From: Macrostomum lignano
Taxonomy: Eukaryota
Direction: 5' to 3'
Assembly: GCA_002269645.1 (NCBI GenBank)
Contig: NIVC01003013.1
Coordinates: 1 to 64,000 of the forward strand
Length of the DNA stretch: 64,000 bases
Of the stretch, positions 56,329 to 64,000 are shown piece by piece. The notes under the pieces are model-generated. The model ran no database searches. It had not been told where the DNA came from and saw only the letters and a list, made by a program, of their open reading frames with translations. The first letter of the stretch is position 1, and each line of letters begins with the position of its first letter. A program made the position numbers and the translations under genes.

Positions 56329-59216
56329 GGCAGACAGGCAGACAGACAGACAGGCAGACAGACAGACAGACAGGCAGACAGACAGACAGGCAGGCAGACA
56401 GACAGACAGACAGACAGAGAAGTGATGGAGAGGCAGCACGTGCCAATCCAACATCCCAGAAGTCTCAGAGCAACCCAGAGCAGGCGGGAGGCAAAGCAGG
56501 ACAGAAGCCGAAGTCACAGCCCCCCCCCTGCAACTGGAGCCTGAGCAGCAGTCTAAACATGCTCGGCACTATTCCTTCTGCTAGTCCCGTCGGCTGAGCT
56601 GCCGTCCTTGTCGATGCCAACTGAGCCAGCGGCAGCGGTCGCAGCTCCGTGATTGGCTGCTCCCGCCGAGCCGGAGCCGATGCTAGAATTGGTCATTCTG
56701 CGCTCCTCAATTCGACGCAGAGTGGAAGCCATCCAAGGCTCAATGGAGCGCATGTCGTCTACCATGCGACGCTGGAAATTGTGAAAGGCGGAAAAGCTGA
56801 GAGACTGGGATTGGCAGAAGAAATGGAGATCGGGGATTACATATGATAGGAAAAACTAGTTTTAATTTGTTCAATACCTTTTTAATCCTTATTTTAATAG
56901 TCTTTACACCCTCTTCTCTAGTCTGTACACCCTCTTCTATAGTATGTACACCCTCTTCTCTACTGTTTGTGCACCCTCTTCTCTAGTCTGTACACCCTCT
57001 TCTCTAGTCTGTACACCCTCTTCTCTAGTCTGTACACCTCTTCGCTAGTCTGTACACCCTCTTCTCTAGTCTGTACACCCTCTTCTCTAGTCTGTACACC
57101 CTCTTCTCTAGTCTGTACACCCTCTTCTCTAGTCTGTACACCTCTTCTCTAGTCTGTACACCTCTTCGCTAGTCTGTACAACCTATTCTGCCGTCTACAC
57201 CTTGCCACTTTCTGTACACTCATTTCTCTTCTGTACACATTCATTCTGTCCTCTGCATACTCGCACCCTCCTTATCCTATTTGTCCATTAAAGTTCCGGT
57301 TCTCTGCTTATACTCTAAACACAATCCCCAAAGAGAAACAGTTTATTAATAAATAAACAAGAAATCAAGAGATAAATAATAATAGTTGCATTGCCTAGTA
57401 CCTAGTACAAAGATGTTTTTTAAAAGCCTTACTAATATTATCTCTCTAGCTTATGAAAAAACTGTATGTAGGAAGGCAGCTGTGTACTTTACACTAAAGA
57501 GCTGTAATCTAAACTTAATTAGTGAAAGTTTGACTAGAAATTCCTGTACAGGGATAAGTGCCAATAAATTCAAAACTAACTAATATAGTTATAGCTGTGA
57601 TTTTCATATTTAGTTTTTAATATATTAAAGTGACAACAATAATGTCTAATCAGTGTTATTTAAGAAGCTACTATTAATGATATAATGATACACAACAGTA
57701 AAAATCATATAGCTACGTGACTATATGTAAAAAAATAAACAAATATTTAAATTACACTTACATGGACAATTCTTCGGATTAATAAAGTATTCGCGCGACT
57801 GTTGCGTGACCTTGTTTGTCCTTCCGGTGTTTTTTTTCTGTTTGTTTAAATCGGCGCGCGACTCGCTAGCAAGCCAAGCCAACAGTCAAATATACGCGCT
57901 TTAATTAAATAGTACGACAACGAGAGCTTTATAGTAGTATGAGTAAAAAAAGTTGAAATCAAATTAAACTAAACTAAACGCACATTGAAAGCGGCAGAAA
58001 ATTAACAAAAAAATGCTCAGCATCGCAGAATGACTTTAGAGACCGGGGGAGGGGTACCAGCCCCCTCCAGATATGATTATCATCATATGACGATTAATTT
58101 AAGGCTACTAAAAAATGGCTAAAAACATAACTAACTGCTGACAACAGATTTGATAAAACAAAATTAGTCAAACAAGAGCATGCAAAATATCATATAAATT
58201 TATTTATTAAAGTTTTTCCTAAATTTGTTGTCATTTTCAATTGAAATCTAGATTTCATTCATTCATCTGTCTTGAATCGATTAAGGCTACTTACAAATAG
58301 ATTACCAAATAAAACTTGCTTGCACGGCATCAATTAAAAGTAGAAAAAAATGGCCACTTACCTGAGTCTGCAGCCTAGCTAAACCGCGGATCCACAGCAC
58401 CTGGCCCTTCTTGTTCAGGTCCGTCTCAACCTCGCCCAGGCCGCCAACCTGGTCGGCATTCTCTTCGTCAAGAATCTGCTCGATCTCTTCTTCAGTGCTG
58501 CCGCCAATCTCCAGGCAGGATGGCAGAACACTGATTGGCACACTGATGACCAGCTGGAGGATGGGATGGGGGCATCGATGGGATTAGGGTGGCATTCTGG
58601 GATTCGAAACTACTCAAGCTCGAGTATTCTCAAGCTGGAGACTTCTCAAGCTCGAAACTTCTCAAGTTCGAAACTTCTCAAGCTCGAATCTTCTCAAGCT
58701 TGAGTCTTCTCAAGTTCGAGTCTTCTCAAGCTCGAAACCTCTCAAGCCCGAGTCTTCTCAAGCTCGAGTCTTCTCAAGCTCGAGTCTTCTCAAGCTCGAA
58801 TCTTCTCAAGATCGAGTCTTCTCAAGCTCGAATCTTCTCAAGCTCGAGTCTTCTCAAGATCGAAAGTTCTCAGGCTCGAAAATTTACAAGCTCAAAGTTT
58901 CACCTTGGCCGAAAAGTTTCTAATAGGATGATTCGCAATTTTGATACGCTCGTAGCAATAACATTTTAGAGCTTGCGGAAAAGATACTCTGGGTAGTAAA
59001 AAAGCCTCACCTGATGCCAAACAAGCGACCCGGCGCCGAAGCAGAGGCACCATAGCCAGTGGCTGAGGTCCAGGCCTCTGGTGCGGAACACCATGCCACC
59101 AACTTGCACGATTATCACCTGCGATGGGGGAGTGCAGTTTGGTGTGTCTGTCTGTCTGTCTGTCTGTCTGCCTGTCTGTCTGTCAGTCCATCTGTCTGTC
59201 TGCCTGCCCGCCTGCC

Positions 59217-59252
<36 letters not shown>

Positions 59253-59256
59253 CGCC

Positions 59257-59297
<41 letters not shown>

Positions 59298-59358
59298 ATC
59301 TGTCTGTCTGTCTGTCCGTCTGTCTCTGTCTGCCTGCCTGTCCGTCTGCCTGCCTGCC

Positions 59359-59411
<53 letters not shown>

Positions 59412-62400
59412 GAGCTGTTATTACAAAGCACTCACCTGCAGAGCAAAGGTGGTCAGCCAGATAATAACAAAAATAATATTTCTCTGCAGCCCGGAGAACA
59501 CATTTCTCTGATCGTGAATCTTCCTAGCGTTGACCTCGTTGAACAGAGTCATCATCACAAAGGCGTTAAAGATGGCGGTGAAGTGCTGCGTTGGCACAGG
59601 GCTGCCAAACTGTATCGGTGTGTCCATGATCTTGTCGCCTGCAATTAAGATCCGCATATACAGATACTAACAGTAGCCTATACTATTTATACTATACTAC
59701 TAAACAGTTTCTAATTATTTCTAAGAAACGAAAAACTGCTTGCTCTACTTTAAGTAGTTAAAAAACTCGGACAATGGTTACCGGCAAACAGCAGTGTGAA
59801 TGTGATGACCAACTGGTAGAGCGCATTGCCGCAGATATTCCTCAGCATAACGATGTCAATTAGCGGTTTAGTCCGGCCGTACGGCTTACGCTCGAGCAGC
59901 TCGTCGCTAGGCAATTCGGTGGCCAAAGCCAGGGACGCTAGGGTGTCCATGATCAGGTTGACCCAAAGCATCTGGATCGCTCGCAGCGGAGTGTCCTGCG
60001 CAGTGGAGGGTGGGTGAGGAGAGGAGAGAGTAAGGCTGATGGCAATCAAGATTCGGGTGAATCGGACGGGTAATTTACCCAATGTACTTCTACAACAATG
60101 CTCGTTGAAAGTGTACATCAAGGATCTTAGAAGATGCACATCAATGATCTTAGGTGCACATTAACGATCTTATCAGGTGCACATCAATGATCTTAGAAAG
60201 TGCACATCAATGATCTTATAAGATGTACACCAATGATCTTAGGAGGTGCACGTCAATGATCTTAGAAGATGCACACCAATGATCTTAGGAGGTGCACATC
60301 AATGATCTTAGGAGGTGCACATCAATGATCTTAGAAGGTGCACAACAATGAGCTTAGAAGGTGCACATTAATGATCTTAGGAGGTGCACATCAATGATCT
60401 TAGAAGGTGCACATTAATGATCTTAGGAGGTGCACATCAATGATCTTAGAAGGTGCACATCAATGATCTTAGAAGGTGCACAACAATGAGCTTAGAAGGT
60501 GCACATTAATGATCTTAGGAGGTGCACATCAATGATCTTAGAAGGTGCACAACAATGAGCTTAGAAGGTGCACATTAATGATCTTAGGAGGTGCACATCA
60601 ACGGTTTTAGAAGGTGCACATTATTGATCTTAGGAGGTGCACATCAATGATCTTAGAAGGTGCACATTAATGATCTTAGGAGGTGCACATCAATGATCTT
60701 AGAAGGTGCACATTAATGATCTTAGGAGGTGCACATCAACGGTCTTAGAAGATACCCAACAAGGATCTTAGAAAGCGCAACATCAATGATTTTGAGAGGC
60801 AGATTAAAGACACTAAAAGGTGTTTAATTAGGATCAAGGAAGGTGAACTCCAATGTTTTACTCACGGTGATGACGCAGGAGCTAAACACGGCAACGGCAA
60901 CAGCGACCACATTGACGGTCAGCTGGAATTGCAGGAACTTGGAAATAGAATCGTACACGTTGCGGCCCCACTTGACGGCCTTGACAATGCTGGAGAAGTT
61001 GTCGTCAGTCAGGATGATGTCGGAGGCCTCCTTGGCAACGTCGGTGCCCTGGAGGCCCATAGCGAATCCGACGTCGGCCTTCTTCAAAGCCGGACCATCG
61101 TTGGTGCCGTCTCCAGTTACGGCGACAACCTCGCGACTAGCGGTGATCTTCGAGGCGATGATGCCGGACACCAGGGTGTACTTGTCCTGCGGCGAGGAGC
61201 GAGCTAGTACGCGCAGTTTTGGCCACACCTGGGAGCGATATGGGAGAGAGCACGTGCAGTTGAAACATTCATACTATTGGGCAATTATTACTTGCTCTCA
61301 TTAAAATCAATGTGATCGCCACGCCGATTCTGACAACCCCCTAAAATTATTTGACGAATCTTAGATTGGACCCCTCAGACCGATTTGACCCTTACAGAAC
61401 AATGTGAGGTCAGGCCGATGTGACCTCCTCTAGACCGATGTGACCTCCTCTAGACCGATGTGACCTCCTCTAGACCGATGTGACCTCCCCTAGACCGATG
61501 TGACCTCCTCTAGATCGATGTGACCTCCTCTAGATCGATGTGACCTCCTCTAGACCGATGTGACCTCCTCTAGACCGATGTGACCTCCTCTAGACCGATG
61601 TGACCTCCTCTAGACCGATGTGACCTCCTCTAGACCGATGTGACCTCCTCTAGACCGATGTGACCTCCTCTAGACGATGTGACCCTTACAGAACGATGTG
61701 ACCTCCTCTAGACCGATTTGAGCCTTAAAGAACGATGTGACCTCCTCTAGACCGATTTGGGCCTTACAGAACGATGTGACCTCCTCTAGACCGATGTGGA
61801 CCCCTCCAGACCAGTGTGACCCCCTCCAGACCAGTGTGACCCCCTCCAGACCAGTGTGACCCCCTTCAGACTGATGTGACCCCCTTTTCTAGGACGAAGT
61901 GACTCCTCTAGGTTGATCGGATAGTTCTAGAATCGAAGCTAACGCCTTGTCAAACTGACTGAATTCTCCCCTTGTAGCAACCCATGACACCCGGCAAACC
62001 AACCTGATCGAATCGAGCCTGAGACACCTGGCCAGTAGCGGGATCTCGAATACGCTTATTAAACTCCTTGCCTTCGAGCACCAAGAAGTTTTCTCCGGGT
62101 TTCAAAATGCCGCATTTCGAAGCAATGGATCTAGCCGTGTTGACATTGTCTCCCGTCACCATTCGAACGCAGATGCCGGCGCTCTGGCACTGGCGAATAG
62201 CGGCCGGCACCTCCGGTCGGACAGGATCCTCGATGCCGACTATGGCGATGCAGGTAAGCTTGGACACTATGAAGTCCTCATCGTCCCAGTTGGGCTCCTC
62301 TTTGAAGGCGGCGTCGCTGGGTCCCGGGCCGGCGCTGGCCGGTACGAAGTCTTTGTAGGCGATGCAGATTGTGCGCAGGCCGTCGCTGGCCATGGGCTCG

Positions 62401-63175
62401 ATCACGTTGCTGACAATGCGGTCCTAAAGGGGGGACGGGAGATGGGAGTTGTTGCTAAGCCTATCATCGATTGATTCTAATTGTCATACCGATAATCCCG
62501 CTTCTTATACCGATAATCCCGATTCTCATATTAATAATCCCGATTCTCATATCGATAATCCCGATTCTCATATCAATAATCCCGATTCTCATATCGATAA
62601 TCCCGATTCTCATATTAATAATCCCGATTCTCATATCGATAATCCCGATTCTCATATCGATAATCCCGATTCTCATATCGATAATCCCGATTCTCATATT
62701 AATAATCCTGATTCTCATATCGATAATCCCGATTCTCATATCGATAATCCCGATTCTCATATCGATAATCCCGATTCTCATATTAATAATTTCGATTCTC
62801 ATATCGATAATCCCGATACTCATATCGATAATCCCAACAACCCTCCAAAAGAACGCTGTCGCAGATTCGAACCTGATCAGCCCTTGGAAAGGGTTTCGGT
62901 TTGCCCTGCTCGTCCAGAATGAAATTGCATTTGCCCAGCACCATCTCGGAGGCGCCCTTAGTAAACAGAGTGTAGCCGGCACCAGATTTGCGTTTCACAA
63001 CAGTTGACATCGATTTGCGCACGGAATTGAATGTGTAGATCTTGTGGATGGCTTCTTCCGGCACTTCTCGGCGATAATCGTCATAGTTGCGGCCCATCGC
63101 TTCGACATAGCCGAGCAGGGCGCATTCGGTCTTGTTGCCAATCTGCTTTGGCAGCTCGTTAGCCTGCTCGGCGGG
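51622..63175 (-). CDS. ATP2B (PMCA): Plasma-membrane calcium-transporting ATPase (P-type IIB), 3' half; 5' part lies beyond the window
   Basis: Exons 63175-62873, 62423-62004, 61228-60866, 59995-59782, 59638-59436, 59118-59011, 58553-58362, then alternative last exons. Motifs [87 protein letters not shown] and the CaM-binding [15 protein letters not shown]|IRVVNAF. Confidence 0.97.
53238..53597 (-). CDS. ATP2B (PMCA): PMCA alternative terminal exon B (LRVVRAFKS...ALNDK*)
   Basis: Phase-0 acceptor catccag|CTG CGC GTA GTC CGC GCC TTC; 119 open codons then TAA; not in the ORF track. Confidence 0.85.
   Translation of the reverse strand: MRVVRAFKSTVDGLDDQQQELIIELRRRRLTNPSQRSNTHPKAFYGPASSCIPAVENADSPNNKLIEGISSSSQQSSLRPIENMPLVACRAMNSPVGPATMTTTASSSPSASTQALNDK
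53680..54215. repeat. 39-bp minisatellite ATGAGATTTCATGTACTCATAAATCTGAGTATATGATCC
   Basis: About 13 units. Confidence 0.95.
55832..56417. repeat. (GACA)n microsatellite
   Basis: Direct reading. Confidence 0.95.
56553..56804 (-). CDS. ATP2B (PMCA): PMCA alternative terminal exon A ([10 protein letters not shown]...RRNSAEHV*)
   Basis: Phase-0 acceptor atcccag|TCT, 83 codons then TAG; lacks the IRVVNAF half-site. Confidence 0.6.
   Translation of the reverse strand, partial: SLSFSAFHNFQRRMVDDMRSIEPWMASTLRRIEERRMTNSSIGSGSAGAANHGAATAAAGSVGIDKDGSSADGTSRRNSAEHV
56903..57182. repeat. 21-bp minisatellite CCTCTTCTCTAGTCTGTACAC
   Basis: Direct reading. Confidence 0.9.
58362..58553 (-). CDS. ATP2B (PMCA): PMCA last common exon, ends mid CaM-binding domain
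   Basis: ctccag|CTG GTC ... ACT CAG|gtaagt. Confidence 0.93.
58605..58895. repeat. Degenerate ~16-bp repeat TCTTCTCAAGCTCGAG
   Basis: Direct reading. Confidence 0.9.
59011..59118 (-). CDS. ATP2B (PMCA): PMCA exon (M10)
   Basis: tcgcag|GTG ATA ... CAG|gtgagg; [36 protein letters not shown]. Confidence 0.93.
59144..59412. repeat. (TGTC)n microsatellite
   Basis: Direct reading. Confidence 0.95.
59436..59638 (-). CDS. ATP2B (PMCA): PMCA exon (M8-M9)
   Basis: ttgcag|GC GAC ... CAG|gtgagt; [25 protein letters not shown]. Confidence 0.95.
59782..59995 (-). CDS. ATP2B (PMCA): PMCA exon (M6-M7)
   Basis: gcgcag|GAC ACT ... GCC G|gtaacc. Confidence 0.95.
60118..60790. repeat. 23-bp minisatellite GATCTTAG(G/A)AGGTGCACATCAAT
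   Basis: Direct reading. Confidence 0.95.
60866..61228 (-). CDS. ATP2B (PMCA): PMCA exon (GDGTND hinge)
   Basis: cccag|GTG TGG ... ACC|gtgagt, 363 nt. Confidence 0.95.
61405..61900. repeat. 20-bp minisatellite GATGTGACCTCCTCTAGACC
   Basis: Direct reading. Confidence 0.93.
62004..62423 (-). CDS. ATP2B (PMCA): PMCA exon ([18 protein letters not shown])
   Basis: tttag|GAC ... CAG|gttggt, 420 nt. Confidence 0.95.
62490..62835. repeat. 21-bp minisatellite GATAATCCCGATTCTCATATC
   Basis: Direct reading. Confidence 0.95.
62873..63175 (-). CDS. ATP2B (PMCA): PMCA exon (GNKTEC...KGASE)
   Basis: gcgcag|CCC GCC ... CAG|gttcga, 303 nt. Confidence 0.95.
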
Positions 63176-63202
63176 CTGCGCGGTGTTTGGGTGGGTTGGG
63201 GA

Positions 63203-63996
63203 TCAGTCAGTCAGTCAGTCAGTCAGCCAGTCAGTCAGTCAGTCAGTCAGTCAGTCAGTCAGTCAGTCAGTCAGTCAGTCAGTCAGTCAGTCAGTCAGTC
63301 AGTCAGTCAGTCAGCCAGTCAGTCAGCCAGTCAGTCAGTCAGTCAGTCAGTCAGTCAGTCAGTCAGTCAGTCAGCCAGTCAGTCAGTCAGTCAGTCAGTC
63401 AGTCAGTCAGTCAGTCAGTCAGTCAGTCAGTCAGTCAGTCAGTCAGTCAGTCAGTCAGTCAGTCAGTCAGTCAGTCAGTCAGTCAGTCAGTCAGTCAGTC
63501 AGTCAGTCAGTCAGTCAGTCAGTCAGTCAGTCAGTCAGTCAGTCAGTCAGTCAGTCAGTCAGTCAGTCAGTCAGTCAGTCAGTCAGTCAGTCAGTCAGTC
63601 AGTCAGTCAGTCAGTCAGTCAGTCAGTCAGTCAGTCAGTCAGTCAGTCAGTCAGTCAGTCAGTCAGTCAGTCAGTCAGTCAGTCAGTCAGTCAGTCAGTC
63701 AGTCAGTCAGTCAGTCAGTCAGTCAGTCAGTCAGTCAGTCAGTCAGTCAGTCAGTCAGTCAGTCAGTCAGTCAGTCAGTCAGTCAGTCAGTCAGTCAGTC
63801 AGTCAGTCAGTCAGTCAGTCAGTCAGTCAGTCAGTCAGTCAGTCAGTCAGTCAGTCAGTCAGTCAGTCAGTCAGTCAGTCAGTCAGTCAGTCAGTCAGTC
63901 AGTCAGTCAGTCAGTCAGTCAGTCAGTCAGTCAGTCAGTCAGTCAGTCAGTCAGTCAGTCAGTCAGTCAGTCAGTCAGTCAGTCAGTCAGTCAGTC
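63203..63996. repeat. (TCAG)n microsatellite, ~0.8 kb
   Basis: Direct reading. Confidence 0.99.
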
Positions 63997-64000
63997 AATC

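Overview
Eukaryotic, intron-rich and extremely tandem-repeat-rich genomic DNA. The (GACA)n/(GTCA)n microsatellites, 10-40 bp minisatellites in almost every large intron and GC3-rich exons suggest a Macrostomum-type free-living flatworm (inference only). Most long ORFs in the supplied track are repeat artefacts. I reconstructed the real genes by hand from GT-AG junctions and phase continuity. (1) A 20-exon EVC2/limbin-like gene on the minus strand (36330->16155) with a ~800-aa ectodomain and an apparent 1-nt deletion near 17075. (2) A 9-exon EVC-like gene on the plus strand (37495->48798), head-to-head with EVC2 across a ~1.16 kb gap, as in vertebrates. (3) The 3' half of a plasma-membrane Ca2+-ATPase (PMCA/ATP2B, minus strand) with three alternative terminal exons spliced in the middle of the calmodulin-binding domain. 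(4) A two-exon Ig-domain gene with a signal peptide (11598->10096). Also present: tRNA-Arg(TCG), a 2.4-kb solo-LTR-like insertion with 10-bp terminal inverted repeats and a 4-bp TSD, a pair of RFX X-boxes, and a decayed coding-like segment. Homology calls rest on comparison with human sequences recalled from memory; no database search was run.
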